Below the pieces are notes generated by a model. The model saw only the letters and a program-made list of their open reading frames with translations. It searched no databases and was not told the DNA's origin. A program made the position numbers and the translations under genes. Positions 20,809 to 32,229 of a DNA stretch of 64,000 nt are shown in pieces; position 1 is the stretch's first letter; each line of letters starts with the position of its first letter. The DNA comes from an uncultured Planctomycetaceae bacterium (GTDB lineage Bacteria; Planctomycetota; Planctomycetia; Isosphaerales; Isosphaeraceae): assembly GCA_963833985.1 (NCBI GenBank), contig CAWIAD010000002.1, positions 4,800,001-4,864,000 of the forward strand, given 5' to 3'.

Positions 20809-22025
20809 TCATGATCGGCTGAACTCGGCCTGACGAACTCCAGGATGGCGCCCGGTCGACTCAATCTGTTGCCGGAAGAACCGGACCGTCCGCCGAGCCA
20901 CTTCGTCCCAGGAATAGTCGGCCGCATAACCCGCGATCGACTCGCGATCCCACGTCCCGCGCAGGGCCACTTCCAGCGCCTCGCAAAGCGCCTCGGACCA
21001 GCCAGTGGGCACAATGAATCCCCGGTGCGGAGGTGCGACGAGGACCGCGTTATCTCCCGCGGGCGTCGTGACCACGGGCAAGCCGCACGCCATCGCCTCC
21101 AGAATCGCGTTGCAACACCCTTCATCATCGGTCGAGAGTGCGAAGACATCCGCGGCCTGCAGCCATAGCGCAACGGTTTGTGGAGGGAGGGCCCCCGTGA
21201 GTCGAACCGATTCCTGCATTTGCCGCTGTTCGATCCTGCGCCGGAGAAGCTCGGGGTAGGCCGGCTCGTGCGCACCACCCCCGATGATCACCAGTCGAAG
21301 GCGATCGTATTTCGTTCGCAATCGGGCCACCGCATCGACCATATGGTGGTGTCCCTTACCGGCAACGAGCATGCCGACGCTCACGACCAGTTGATCCTCT
21401 TCTCTGACTTCGAGGATTCGACGGGCCTGGTCCCGGTCGCCGAGCCGGAACGTTCGACGATCGACGGCGTTGGGGATGACCTCGATCTTCCCGGCGCGAT
21501 CCCCTGCTCGACGGCAAGCGCTTTGAGAGATTCGGCAACTGTGATGATGCCAGTGCATCGACCTAGGGCCCAGAGCAACTGCTTGCCGCGCCAGCGGTGG
21601 CCTAGGATCGGTCTCTCGAGGCCCCTCATCGTGATAAAGACCGGGCGATCCTGGGCCAGAGCCGCCCGGACGCAGCCTGCGCCCTCAGGATAACCGAAGT
21701 GGGCGTCGATCGCGTCGATGGGATGAGCCTTCTCCAACTCGCTTATTGCGGCCAGAACGGAACGCTTCACCCAGTGGCTGTCCATGCCCTTCAGTATACC
21801 CGGCAGGTAGAACATCCGGCGATGCAAGACGCGCAGGCCATCCTGGTGGTGCATGATCGAAAGGCGGTCCCCGGGCCAGGCTCGCACTATGGGAAACCAG
21901 GGGACAGGATTGATGACCGACACGTCCGCCAGACGGGCCAGGGCCGCAATCCGCCGCTGGATGAACAGCCCCCGGTAAGGATTCCAGGGCGAAGGGTAAT
22001 CGATGCTGACGCTGGCGATCCGCAT
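20809..22025 (-). CDS. Glycosyltransferase family 4 (TuaC/WlbH-like); one frameshift near 21490
   Basis: ORF 21381..22025 (DAHFGYPEG, ITMRG) joins ORF 20809..21558 (KIEVIPNAVD, KGHH, EGCCNAILEAMACGLPVV) if one G is restored in GCG CCG GG(G) AAG. Confidence 0.85.
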
Positions 22026-22141
22026 TGGACCCTCATGACCGCTGCCGTAGTCGCGTATGGCTGCCTCGTAACGGGCCGCAGAATCGAGCTGAGATACCGG
22101 CGGAGATCCCCTCGATAATGAGCGATGTCCCTCTAGAACGG

Positions 22142-23377
22142 CTACGGGGTGATCGCCGCCGAGGATCGAGCTCGCCCCTGGCGGCGATCTTTTCTGGACA
22201 AGCCGACCGCCATTCTCTGGTACAGATCGATATAGAGCTCCGCCGACCTGGCCGCGTCGTGATTCCGTTCGACGAAGCGGCGCCCAACAGCGCCCATTGA
22301 AACGCGAAGCCCAGGGTGGTCGAGAAGCCGGACCAGGGCGACTGCCAGGGCCGCGGCATCCTGAGGGGGCGTGAGTATCCCGGTCATCTCATCCTCGACC
22401 AGCTCGCCGTTACCGCCGACCCGCGTGGCGACCACGGGCAGTGCGCAAGCCATCGCCTCCAGGATGGCGAAGCTCAGGCCCTCGGAGATGGAACTCAGGA
22501 CAAAGACATCGCAGGCGGGCAGCAAGTTCTCGAGGTCGCGACGCTGGCCCAGGAAACGAACCGCCCGCGTGATCCCGAGCTCCTCGGCCAGTCTTTGGAG
22601 CTCGTCCCGGCACTCGCCCTCGCCGACGATGAGCAGGAGGGATCCCAGGCTGGAATCTTGAGCTCTTGACTCCATGACCTGTCGCCATGCACGCAGCAGG
22701 GTTTTCTGGTCCTTGACAGGGCGCAGGCCGGCGACATGAACCACGAGAAGTACGTCCGGACCGATGGCCAGCTCGTCGCGGAGGGCCGAACGCCGCGGGT
22801 CTGCGGGAGCTCGAGGACGGAAACGGTCGAGGTCGATCCCGTTGGGGATCACCTCCACGGACTCTTCGGGAATCCCGCTCAGCTCGCAGACCATCCGCCG
22901 GCTGGCCGCGCCAACGGCGGTGACCCGGCTGCCCATGCGGGCGGCCAGCCTGCATTTCAGGCGGTCGCCTCCCGCGAGCTCGTGGACCGGCCGTTCGACG
23001 CCGTGGAAGGTTTGCAAACAGGGACGGCCGGTGATCCGGGCGGCCAGACTGGTATCGAGCCAGGCGAATTGATTATTGCAGTGCAGTACGTCGAGTTGCT
23101 GCCGGCGGGCGAGCAGCCCCAGGCGGGCGCAAAAGCCGACGAGCTTGCTTGGACCCGGCTTGATCACAAAGGCAGGTATCTCGGGGGGCAACAGAGCGAG
23201 CAGACGGAGGTCATCCGAAAGGCTGATGATCGTATGATCGACCAGATCCAGCGTGGTGCGGACAAGCGTGAACACGCCGGTGGCAATACCCCCCGCCCCG
23301 AAGCAATCAACGATATGGCCGATGCGCGGTTTGCAGTGTGCTTGTATTACGGGTGTCTGGGACCTGCGTGAGCCCAC
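22142..23377 (-). CDS. Glycosyltransferase family 4
   Basis: VIPNGID, LRPVKDQ, EGLSFAILEAMACALPVVATRVGG. Confidence 0.92.
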   Translation of the reverse strand: MGSRRSQTPVIQAHCKPRIGHIVDCFGAGGIATGVFTLVRTTLDLVDHTIISLSDDLRLLALLPPEIPAFVIKPGPSKLVGFCARLGLLARRQQLDVLHCNNQFAWLDTSLAARITGRPCLQTFHGVERPVHELAGGDRLKCRLAARMGSRVTAVGAASRRMVCELSGIPEESVEVIPNGIDLDRFRPRAPADPRRSALRDELAIGPDVLLVVHVAGLRPVKDQKTLLRAWRQVMESRAQDSSLGSLLLIVGEGECRDELQRLAEELGITRAVRFLGQRRDLENLLPACDVFVLSSISEGLSFAILEAMACALPVVATRVGGNGELVEDEMTGILTPPQDAAALAVALVRLLDHPGLRVSMGAVGRRFVERNHDAARSAELYIDLYQRMAVGLSRKDRRQGRARSSAAITP

Positions 23378-24629
23378 GGCTTTTCTCCTGGTGATGCAAT
23401 CGTGTCAGAACGACCGTGAAGGCGATGAACCAGTAGGCCGGATCGACCTCATGATCGGATTGGGTCAGTCCCCCGCACAGCCAGCCGTAGATGCCGACTT
23501 CCAATCCCGTGGCCAGGATCGCAAGGCGCGTAGGACTTTGCCTATTACCGCTCTTCCTGATCCTCCGCAACTGCCAGATCGATCCACCAAAAGCGTAGGC
23601 CCAGATAGCAAGGCCAAGGTAGCCGGTCTCGCACGCGACAGTGAAAAAAGTATTGTGCGCTGATCTTCTCCCCTCTGTGAGGTACTCGCCAGATAGGTAG
23701 CGCGGACTCACGTCCGGGTAGTTTCGATAGCCCACTCCCATGGGGTAGTCAGCCAAGATCTTCCTGCTGGCCTCGTTGATGACGAAACGGCTGTTTGCCG
23801 ACCCCTCTTCCGTCGGTGCCTGGATCGTTCGCATCCTTTCCCAGTAGTCCTCCGAGGTCAGTCGAAACAAGAAAAGGCCGGCGCCAACAGCCAGCACGGG
23901 GAGCAATCGCAGCGCGTATCGCTTCGGTAGGAACAGCAGGGCGAGAGCACACTCCGCAACCATGGCAAGAAAATAGGTGCGCTGATTGGTCGTGACGATG
24001 CTGCTGAGGACGAGCGGAAGGCTGAGCCAGCACAGTAGGCGTTCATACTTTGTGCCCATCATGGCGAGCAGCAGCAAGGTCGGCAAAAAGATCACCATCA
24101 CCGAACCATGCATGTCGGGCAACACGGCGGCTTCTGTTCTTGCAACACTTTCAGGAACATATCCAAAGCGAACTCCCATCGTATGGAGCAGGGCCGCATG
24201 GAATACGCCGACCAGACAGGCCCTGATGAGCCATGACATCTCTTGTTCGGTTCGCACGATGCTGATGATCAATGACACGAACAGGACGGTCTTCGCGACT
24301 TCAGTGATCGCAGTGATCGCCACTTCAGGGCTCTCCACGGCCCAAAGGGCACTGAGCGCCCCCAGGAACACGAAGGCCCAGAGCGCCCAAACGAGAGACC
24401 CCTCCGCTCCCTCTCGATCCAACGCCCGTGGCCTGTTGAGGAGGTAGCTGACGAGCAGGGCAACTGTGGCGATGAGCTGAAATCGAAGATCAAAGTCAAT
24501 GAAAACATTCGGATTCAGCAGGTAGGCTTCCAGGCAACAGATCACAGCCACCAGAGGATTGAACATCCCGGCGACGACCCCGACCCCCAGCAATGTTGAG
24601 TAGAAGAGGATTCTGACCATAAGGATCAC
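23307..24629 (-). CDS. O-antigen ligase/Wzy-like membrane protein (exosortase-associated O-glycosylation ligase type)
   Basis: Many hydrophobic segments; TNQRT, SANSR, YPMGVG, SAHNTFFTVACETGYLG Wzy_C motif. Confidence 0.85.
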   Translation of the reverse strand: MILMVRILFYSTLLGVGVVAGMFNPLVAVICCLEAYLLNPNVFIDFDLRFQLIATVALLVSYLLNRPRALDREGAEGSLVWALWAFVFLGALSALWAVESPEVAITAITEVAKTVLFVSLIISIVRTEQEMSWLIRACLVGVFHAALLHTMGVRFGYVPESVARTEAAVLPDMHGSVMVIFLPTLLLLAMMGTKYERLLCWLSLPLVLSSIVTTNQRTYFLAMVAECALALLFLPKRYALRLLPVLAVGAGLFLFRLTSEDYWERMRTIQAPTEEGSANSRFVINEASRKILADYPMGVGYRNYPDVSPRYLSGEYLTEGRRSAHNTFFTVACETGYLGLAIWAYAFGGSIWQLRRIRKSGNRQSPTRLAILATGLEVGIYGWLCGGLTQSDHEVDPAYWFIAFTVVLTRLHHQEKSRGLTQVPDTRNTSTLQTAHRPYR

Positions 24630-24814
24630 AAAGCCATAAGGCTACTCAAACCGTGGCACGCTATCCACGTCGAAGCCGGCCCTGGGGCAAAATGAGACTC
24701 TGTCGTCAAACCGAAGTTGTAGAGTGAGCGATCCAGGCTCTTGCGTAAGTCCCGCCTCGGGCGGCGGTGTTGGGCGGCCAGCCCACGTTCGCCCTCGAAG
24801 TGCCCGCGCGGGGC

Positions 24815-26266
24815 TCACGGATAGGGGCGGTGTGTGGTGTCGTGCTCAACAAGTGCACTTTGAAGCAACTCGGCGAGCTGGCTAACCTGCTCACGACGGT
24901 GAAATCGGGTAATTGATCGCCCTACGGGTCTGCTTTGAACATCGGACTTGAGATTCAGTTCCAGGTCCATTCGAGCGATCGCGTCGGCGATTGCAGCGGG
25001 TTCATTAGGATCACAAATCTCGCTAGGAACTCCCGCTTGCTCGAGCACATTGGCGATCGCACTCCGCTCAGGCGCCAGGGCGAGAATCGGCCGTCCGACG
25101 GCCAGGTACTCGAACAGCTTGGCGGGGACCTGAAGCTCGGATCCTTCACCGTTGAAACCGACCAGAAGCTGGATGTCCGAGCCCCGTAACGCTTCGAGGG
25201 TTTGCTGATGGGAGACCTGCCCCTTGACCATGACACGGTCCTCGACGCCATGATCAGTCGCGATCGACTGGAGACTACGACCTTCGAACGTGGGAGAGCC
25301 AAGAAGCTGCAAGCATGGGACCCGACTCAGCCGCCGCTGATCCTGGAGGCAGCGTAGCGCCTGGAAAATCGGCGCGGGCCGGCGCGGGCCGTAGAACTCA
25401 CCGGCATGCGTCAAGACCAGGCGATCGGGGCCCGCCTCCCGGCGCGGCTCGATGCTGGTATAATCCTCGGGATCGAATCCGTTGGGGATGGTGGCGAATC
25501 GATCGACCCGATCGGGATACCGCCTGATGAAATCCTCCCGCACAAAGTCACTGTTACAAACCACACGATCGGCGTGCTCGACAACTTGGCGTTCCAACCA
25601 CGCGTCGAAGCGGTCCACCGAGGGATACGACAACTGGCGAAATGGGTTTGCTCGCCAGGGATCGCGAAAATCGGCAACCCAAGGCAAGCCGCTGACTCGC
25701 TTTGCGAGCAGGCCGATCAGGTGGGTCGTCCAGTAGGGAGCGGATGAATATAAAGCGCAGCCGTGATGTCGATGGATCGCGTGCAAAGCAGTCGCTAAAC
25801 CAAAGGGAAGCCAGCCGACAGCTTGATCCGGGATTTGGAGCCACCAGCTCGCCCAATCGATCCAGTTCCGTTCTGACTCGCCATCGGAATCTGTGGAAGA
25901 CGGGGACGGCCGCGAAGCCGTCGATGGGGAGAAAGGGCGGACGAGTCGTTTGACCCCATAGCGAGTTTTGTTGGCCAGGGCAAGCAGATTTGGACCATAC
26001 GTCCGGTAGACAATCAGGTCTTTGGGCAGCCCGAGGAGCAACGCGGGATCGTTTGAGCTGCCCGGTTTCTCTCGAACCGTGACCACGACCGACCGCCAGC
26101 CGTGGCACGGCAAGTGCTTGACGATCGCCCGCGTGCGGTGTGAACCCGAAACCGCGATTGGCGGAAAGTAGTACGCGATGCAGATCAGTGATTTAGGCGA
26201 GCCGTCGTCGACGGTCCCGCAAGTGTTCGCATTTCCTGGAATCATTCTTACAAGTCTATCCCGCAA
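24815..26266 (-). CDS. Glycosyltransferase family 4
   Basis: IAYYFPP..GSHR, WVADFRDPW, IPNGFD, PAKLFEYLAVGRPIL; start may be ATG 26245. Confidence 0.9.
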   Translation of the reverse strand: MRDRLVRMIPGNANTCGTVDDGSPKSLICIAYYFPPIAVSGSHRTRAIVKHLPCHGWRSVVVTVREKPGSSNDPALLLGLPKDLIVYRTYGPNLLALANKTRYGVKRLVRPFSPSTASRPSPSSTDSDGESERNWIDWASWWLQIPDQAVGWLPFGLATALHAIHRHHGCALYSSAPYWTTHLIGLLAKRVSGLPWVADFRDPWRANPFRQLSYPSVDRFDAWLERQVVEHADRVVCNSDFVREDFIRRYPDRVDRFATIPNGFDPEDYTSIEPRREAGPDRLVLTHAGEFYGPRRPAPIFQALRCLQDQRRLSRVPCLQLLGSPTFEGRSLQSIATDHGVEDRVMVKGQVSHQQTLEALRGSDIQLLVGFNGEGSELQVPAKLFEYLAVGRPILALAPERSAIANVLEQAGVPSEICDPNEPAAIADAIARMDLELNLKSDVQSRPVGRSITRFHRREQVSQLAELLQSALVEHDTTHRPYP

Positions 26267-26279
26267 GTTCCCTTCTTGT

Positions 26280-27335
26280 TCAGACAGCGACTCGCTTACG
26301 GGCGGTCAAACCGACAAGCAGCGGTCGATTCCTGTACTGACGCAAGACTTCGCAATGTTCTACTTCGAATCCGGATCGCTCGAGGATACGCACGAGTGTT
26401 TTCGGATCATAGCTGGTGTTCCGGGCCAACTTCCTCGCGATCCGGTGGCGCTGCCAGTCCAGCCCCTGTTTCATCAGGTATGACCCCAGCCACTGCCTGG
26501 AGAGATTGAACCGCCTCCAGCCAATCATCCCCGACTGGTCCCAGCACTTACGCCAGAACCCGGGAGCCTCAAGTGTGAGCACAAGTCGGCCATCCCTCGC
26601 CAGGATGCGCCAGTACTCCTCTAGCGCCGACCGTAGTGGAAGGTAATTCAGAGTGACGAAACTCTGGACTTGCGTAAAAACACCATCGATGAACGGCAAG
26701 TTCAGGGCATCCGTGCAGATCCACCGAATCTGTTCACCGAGTCCACATGTTCGCCAAGCGATGGAACCCAGGGAAAGGGCCAGTAAATTGTGGTCGATTC
26801 CGACCAGCATGAGGGGATTGCTCCCAAGAAGCTCGCGGAGGTGTCGGCCGCACGAACAACCTACGTCGAGCACCACGCTCTTCGGTCCCAACTGCGATTG
26901 GGAGAAAAGAAATTGCACCGTCTCCGATGGAACGCAGCTCCCGGACAAGATCTGCTTAAGGTCATGATGGATCTGACTGATGTCTCCCATGGACTCAGCA
27001 AGCAAGCGGGCGAGCGCGGCGTGCGGAACATCGGCTCCCTGGCAGAGCGTTGCGAATTCGTCGATTTCTTGTATGGCACTCTCCTGTTTTTGAGAGCCCA
27101 AACTGTGGAAAACGGAATCCAGCCTCGAGATATCGTCCAACAGCCAAGCTGCCGCGGACGTAAGCCCGCCCCCGGGCAACTGGTAAATCGGATCGCCGAT
27201 ATAATCCAGAACGACACCTTCGACTCGTGTGGGTGCACGACTGAGGAATTGAGATAATACTGCGTCACTGGGACCGGATTCTGAAATAATCGTCGTCTCC
27301 CAAGCAGCGGCGTGGGCTATGTCTTTGCTAATCAA
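26280..27335 (-). CDS. Class I SAM-dependent methyltransferase with N-terminal extension
   Basis: VLDVGCSCG, DALNLPF, RILARDGRL. Confidence 0.85.
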   Translation of the reverse strand: MISKDIAHAAAWETTIISESGPSDAVLSQFLSRAPTRVEGVVLDYIGDPIYQLPGGGLTSAAAWLLDDISRLDSVFHSLGSQKQESAIQEIDEFATLCQGADVPHAALARLLAESMGDISQIHHDLKQILSGSCVPSETVQFLFSQSQLGPKSVVLDVGCSCGRHLRELLGSNPLMLVGIDHNLLALSLGSIAWRTCGLGEQIRWICTDALNLPFIDGVFTQVQSFVTLNYLPLRSALEEYWRILARDGRLVLTLEAPGFWRKCWDQSGMIGWRRFNLSRQWLGSYLMKQGLDWQRHRIARKLARNTSYDPKTLVRILERSGFEVEHCEVLRQYRNRPLLVGLTARKRVAV

Positions 27336-27356
27336 CTGCCTCTCGATCTGATAATC

Positions 27357-28553
27357 TTACGTACGCGTTTTATTGCAATCGGCCTCCCGAACACGACGTC
27401 CTGAGTTCCGTCCTCCCTTGAGACTCTGAATCGCATCGAGGATTGTCTCGACACGAGAGGACCAATCCTCGTCTCGGACCAAGGCAGACCGCCTCTGGTC
27501 GGCCTCTGGCCTGCGGTCGCTGATCGCGCGTTCCAGCTCGGCAATCCATCCCTCGACCCCGTCCGCGATCCGTACCTCGGGCTCGTAGACCCGGACCTCG
27601 GGTAGTGGAGTGGACACGACCGGTAAGCCGGCCGCCAAGTATTCGCGGAGCTTGATCGGGTTCATGTTGCGCGTCAACTCATTGATCTTATGAGGGATGA
27701 CCGCAACGTCAAAGCCCCGGCTGTAGTGAGGCAGCTCGTCATGGGGCCGTTGTCCCAGAAAGTGCATGTTCTTGATCTTACGGAATCGTTCCACATCGGT
27801 CTGCAGCTTGCCGACCAGGACGATGGACCACGCGGGTCGGCGGTGCGCGATCTCGCCCAGAAGATCAAGGTCTTGCCAGTCTTGAACCAATCCGTAGTAG
27901 CCAATGATCGGCCGTTGCAGGGTCTTCAAGTCGTTGGCCACGGGAAATACGGGATCCAGTGCCTGGGCGAAATGTTCGTAGAGAACCCCGTGCGGCACGT
28001 AGATGGTGTTGGCGTTGAAGGGGCTCTTCGACTCATAGAGCGCTCGACTGGTCGTGATAACCAGGTCGGCTACCTCGCAGAGCTCGCGGTCCAGGCGACG
28101 GGTCGTCTCGACGTCGTACCCTGAGAAAGCGGCAAACTCGTCCACACAATAGTAGATGACAAGCTCCTCGCCGAATCCGCCTAGCAACGGGCCGACGTCC
28201 GCGGTGAAGCTCCAGACCTGGGGCCGAGGTGCTAACTTACGGAGGATCCAGCGGGTCTGCACCGTGACGAGCCAACGATTCAGCTTCCGGACCAGGACCG
28301 AGCTGGGCAGCGGGACGACCAAGGGCGTCAAAACCCAGAGTCGCTCCTGAACCTTGACCAGCCCGCGGCGGAACTGGACAAGCTTTTCCACAATTGAGAT
28401 AACATCTCGGCGATTGAATGAGGGACGGCGCGATGCGTGCCAGTTGATCCACAAGACATGATTCGTTTTCGCAAGCTCGCGCATCACGTGGTGCTTGCTG
28501 GTCGGATCAAAGAAGTAGTTATTCGCCAGGCACACGATCGTTGTTTCGTTCAT
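27357..28553 (-). CDS. Glycosyltransferase, GT-B (TuaH-like)
   Basis: SKHHVM, YYCVDEF, VPHGV, NPIKLREYLAAGLPVVST. Confidence 0.9.
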   Translation of the reverse strand: MNETTIVCLANNYFFDPTSKHHVMRELAKTNHVLWINWHASRRPSFNRRDVISIVEKLVQFRRGLVKVQERLWVLTPLVVPLPSSVLVRKLNRWLVTVQTRWILRKLAPRPQVWSFTADVGPLLGGFGEELVIYYCVDEFAAFSGYDVETTRRLDRELCEVADLVITTSRALYESKSPFNANTIYVPHGVLYEHFAQALDPVFPVANDLKTLQRPIIGYYGLVQDWQDLDLLGEIAHRRPAWSIVLVGKLQTDVERFRKIKNMHFLGQRPHDELPHYSRGFDVAVIPHKINELTRNMNPIKLREYLAAGLPVVSTPLPEVRVYEPEVRIADGVEGWIAELERAISDRRPEADQRRSALVRDEDWSSRVETILDAIQSLKGGRNSGRRVREADCNKTRT

Positions 28554-28688
28554 CGAGCCCGTTGTCCTTCAGGTGGTGTGGCGATGCCGATTATTAAGCG
28601 AGCAGCGGACGAGTGAGGGCTGACGATTCTGCCGTCGAAAGGAACCTCGTCATTCTTCAGTTTCCGAGTCTGGCGGCCGGAGGCGTGA

Positions 28689-29762
28689 CTAAGGGATGCC
28701 ACGCACAATCATCGGACCGACGATTCGCGTTAAAGCCACCGGCATCTGTTGCCAGCACCGGATCAAAACTTGATAACGAGGACTATCGGGTCTCATCTCC
28801 GATATATTCCCTTTCCGCACGTAGTATTGCCAGGCGGCGGGAACCTCGACGGCGCCCCACTGTTTCTTGAATCGGTAGGTGTTGCTGTCGCGACTAGAGC
28901 GGCCAAAGTCGAAAGTTGCCTGCCCCAGCTCAATCGCACGCTGGAGCAAGTTCCAATAAAGAAGCATGTTCGCGTTTGTATGGTTGTATTCACGGAGAGA
29001 GCTTGCGCTCGGGACCTCTGACACCCCCAAGCCGTGAAGACATAGAGCTGAGGCAACAGGACGTCTCTCCTGGCGTACGACGCACACTTCAGTACGATCG
29101 CCGAACTGCTTGAGCAGACTGCGAAACAACGACTTCCCGTATACCGGTGTGCCCAGGTCGCGCATGTTACGGCTAAAAACGTCGTAAAACTCAGGGAGGA
29201 GGTCCTCTCCGCCCCAACATGTAGAGAGCTTTATCTTCTGAGCTTTTCGAATCTGATTACGAACCTTGGAGTGCAGAGAATCCCAGAGCTTGGCGGACGT
29301 GTCGGGCAACGCGAGTCGCATATGAACCTTTGCTGAAGACGTCAAGTTCAGAGCTAAGTGCTGAACTTCCTTCTCATGACGCAGCTCCAGATAGCGGACG
29401 CGAAGCTGATTGGCCAGCCCTACGGCCGCATCGATGAGCCGCGAGCCGATACCCTCCTCAGCGCACACGATCCCGCCCGTGTTAACATACGGCAGGCTCA
29501 CCAAAAAACTTCCGAAGATGCTGCTCTTGACGAGTGCTAAGAGCAGGCAGCCTTCAATGTCAGTTTCTCGATGCGCGACCAAGGCGTAAGGCTCATGGTG
29601 AAGGCCTCGATCCAATACCGACAGCATCCCTGGATCTTGGCTGAGTGACAAGACACCGCAACTCCGAACGAAAGACTCTAAGCGAGGCAATATACCGGAC
29701 AGATCTTCTTTCCGGTACAGACGGATCGCAACAGACTTCGGTGCAACGCGCATTGATTCCAC
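28689..29762 (-). CDS. FemAB-family GNAT protein, XrtA/PEP-CTERM system-associated
   Basis: LVSLPYVNTGG, KVRNQIRKA, NMRDLGTPVY, NMLLYW, FDFGRSS, FKKQWGA. Confidence 0.9.
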   Translation of the reverse strand: MESMRVAPKSVAIRLYRKEDLSGILPRLESFVRSCGVLSLSQDPGMLSVLDRGLHHEPYALVAHRETDIEGCLLLALVKSSIFGSFLVSLPYVNTGGIVCAEEGIGSRLIDAAVGLANQLRVRYLELRHEKEVQHLALNLTSSAKVHMRLALPDTSAKLWDSLHSKVRNQIRKAQKIKLSTCWGGEDLLPEFYDVFSRNMRDLGTPVYGKSLFRSLLKQFGDRTEVCVVRQERRPVASALCLHGLGVSEVPSASSLREYNHTNANMLLYWNLLQRAIELGQATFDFGRSSRDSNTYRFKKQWGAVEVPAAWQYYVRKGNISEMRPDSPRYQVLIRCWQQMPVALTRIVGPMIVRGIP

Positions 29763-29901
29763 AATTACACCATATTACTTTTTTGCATAACCAGTATACA
29801 CCGTGCGTAGAAGCAACGAACGGGTCCCTTATCGCTCTATTTGTCACTCTGTCAAGGACTTGATGAACTTGGAAACAACAACTCAAAGTGATATTAGTTT
29901 A

Positions 29902-31086
29902 TCAACGACTCGCCTTCTGCCAGGTGACGCGTTCGACACCCAATAAGCCACGCAACAGCCCTATCAAGGCTGCAGCATTAACCATGCAAAAGTAAAAAGG
30001 TATATTTATGATGGCTGGCCAAGGTTGGTTGGGTTGAGTCGTCCCAATGAGAGCGCATACGTAGAATGTTATTTGAGACAACAGCAGTACCAAAGCGAAG
30101 GGCGAGCATCCACACATGCTTAATTGAGCGACGTTGCACGTTAGGATTGTAAGCAGAAACCATGGGACGAGCCATCTCAATAACTTGTGTGACACGAACG
30201 ACCAGAACAATTGAAACTGACATGGGCGAGGTATAATACTCCCGCGCCGTAGTTCTCTGACAGCCCCGGCAACAATCCTGACCTTGCGACGAAACTCCTG
30301 GCCGACGTCGACCGTGGCATTTTCCGAGGCAAAGGCCGAAGGATCGTAAATGACACGGTAGCCTTGCTTGGCAATCCGCATACCGATAACAAGATCATCT
30401 AGAATCGTGTCGTCCGGCAAGGGAGTAAACAGGCTTTTCCGAACTGCGTACATGCCCCCGTCCACCGTGACGGTCGATCCGAGCACGGACTCCATAAGCT
30501 GAATGAAGCGCTCGTACCGGTAGTACAATCCTTCACTTTCTCCAAAGGGAGCGTCTTCACTACGGATCTTCACGTCCCCCGTTACCGCACCGACTTTCGG
30601 ATCAGCGAAGTGTCGAATCAATCGATGGATTGCCTCAGGATCGAACATCACGTTTGCATCGCACAGCACCACGATGGAGCCTCGAGCCTGTGGGATGGCT
30701 CGATTGAGCACCGAGATCTTGCCAGCTCGTGGCTTATAGGCCAAGAGCAAGATTCCAAGGCATGTATATTCCTTGACGATTGGTTCCGTTTGATCGTCAC
30801 TTCCGTCGGATGCAACTATGATTTCTAATTGCTCGCGGGGATAGGCAACCGCAAGGCTGTTGTCGAGTTTTGCCCGGATTACCGAGCCTTCGTTGTAGGC
30901 AGGAATCACCAGTGAAACTAATGGAAGGTTGGCAGCCGGAGTGACAATGCCTCGCCTGACGAAACGCACAAAAAGCGCAAGTACTAGGAAGTAGCCAAAG
31001 TAGACGTACAACACAACAAGGCATGAAAAGAGGAGAAGAAGGTTAGCCGTCAAATCTGCTAAGTACCTCGAAAAGAAAGGGAGCAC
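29902..31086 (-). CDS. Glycosyltransferase family 2 (CESA-like, membrane anchored)
   Basis: IPAYNE, ASDGSDD, LCDAN, YYRYE, ILDD, EFRRKVRI, SHKLLRW. Confidence 0.92.
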   Translation of the reverse strand: MLPFFSRYLADLTANLLLLFSCLVVLYVYFGYFLVLALFVRFVRRGIVTPAANLPLVSLVIPAYNEGSVIRAKLDNSLAVAYPREQLEIIVASDGSDDQTEPIVKEYTCLGILLLAYKPRAGKISVLNRAIPQARGSIVVLCDANVMFDPEAIHRLIRHFADPKVGAVTGDVKIRSEDAPFGESEGLYYRYERFIQLMESVLGSTVTVDGGMYAVRKSLFTPLPDDTILDDLVIGMRIAKQGYRVIYDPSAFASENATVDVGQEFRRKVRIVAGAVRELRRGSIIPRPCQFQLFWSFVSHKLLRWLVPWFLLTILTCNVAQLSMCGCSPFALVLLLSQITFYVCALIGTTQPNQPWPAIINIPFYFCMVNAAALIGLLRGLLGVERVTWQKASR

Positions 31087-31201
31087 CTCGTTGTGTGGTC
31101 TTGTCTACGGTCGTGTTCATCGAAGGCTTGCTTGCTGAGCAACTGGAACAGACTTGATTGTTCTTTTGTAAATCCAGAATTATCAGCGTCTTCGGCTACC
31201 A

Positions 31202-32206
31202 CTAGCTAGCCAGCCGGGCAGAATCGCGGTAAGGCGTAGGACGATCAAGGAGCCGTCGAGCTAAGTCGACCGCGCGAACGAAAGCGAGACCTGAGAACAG
31301 TTTGATGAGCCGGCCTCGGGTGCCGCGAATCCCCGCGTAGGTCCGGAATCGGTTCAGCCTGCGGAGCGGCAGCCGCGGCTGGTCCGCGTCGAGCTCCCAG
31401 GGATGGAGGTAGAGCATGGTGAGCCGCGTCTCTGGGTCACGACGCGAATGCTCCAGGGCCCGTCTCAGGATGGCCCACGGCAGCAGCCGCAGATAACCGC
31501 CGCCGCCAATGGCCAGGTTCATACCTCCGATGCGTGCCGTCGCCGGGGGAAGTTCGAGGATCCGATGGCGGCGGCCCTCGGCCAGAAAGGGACTCCGCGG
31601 CGCATCGGGGATACCGTAACGGTCGTGGTGAACGGGATAAATCGAGGAGTCGTAGAGGATGCCAAGTTCCGCGAGGATGTCGATTGCCCAGGCCGTCTTT
31701 CGGACCAGGCTGAACGTCGGCGCCCGGTAGCCGAGCACACTGGCGCCGCACGCCTGCTCGAGCGCGTCCCGGCTCTGGCGAACGTCCTCGCGGAACTCCT
31801 TCGGCGTCAGGACGTGGAGGCGGCGGTGATCCCAGCCATGGCTTGCAACCTCGTGCCCCGCGTCGTGAATGGCTCGGACGAGCCAGGGCGATTTCCGGGC
31901 GACCTGGCCGAGAACAAAAAACGTGGCGCGAATCTCCGTTTCCGCCAACCTCTCCAAGATCCAGCTCGTCACCCGGCACATCCGGTCATGGTAGTCCGCC
32001 TGTTGCGACTCCGGAATCACCAGGCCGGCAGCCGATTCGATGCGATGATGCTCCTCGATGTCAAAGCTGATGACAGCGGGAACCGAGCACGCGGACAGTG
32101 GCTCCGCCGCATCCTGCCACGGAAGGCTTGAACGACCGGCCGTGACTGTGGTCATCGACGCACTTGCTCCGTCAGATTTCGCAATCACCTTGACGCCGGG
32201 AGCCAT
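31202..32206 (-). CDS. Polysaccharide deacetylase, XrtA-system type (DUF3473 C-terminus)
   Basis: SFDIEE, TFFVLG, HEVASHG, GYRAPTFS, YDSSIYP, GGGGYLR, YLHPWELD. Confidence 0.9.
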   Translation of the reverse strand: MAPGVKVIAKSDGASASMTTVTAGRSSLPWQDAAEPLSACSVPAVISFDIEEHHRIESAAGLVIPESQQADYHDRMCRVTSWILERLAETEIRATFFVLGQVARKSPWLVRAIHDAGHEVASHGWDHRRLHVLTPKEFREDVRQSRDALEQACGASVLGYRAPTFSLVRKTAWAIDILAELGILYDSSIYPVHHDRYGIPDAPRSPFLAEGRRHRILELPPATARIGGMNLAIGGGGYLRLLPWAILRRALEHSRRDPETRLTMLYLHPWELDADQPRLPLRRLNRFRTYAGIRGTRGRLIKLFSGLAFVRAVDLARRLLDRPTPYRDSARLAS

Positions 32207-32229
32207 GAACCATGTCGCAGAGGTCTGAA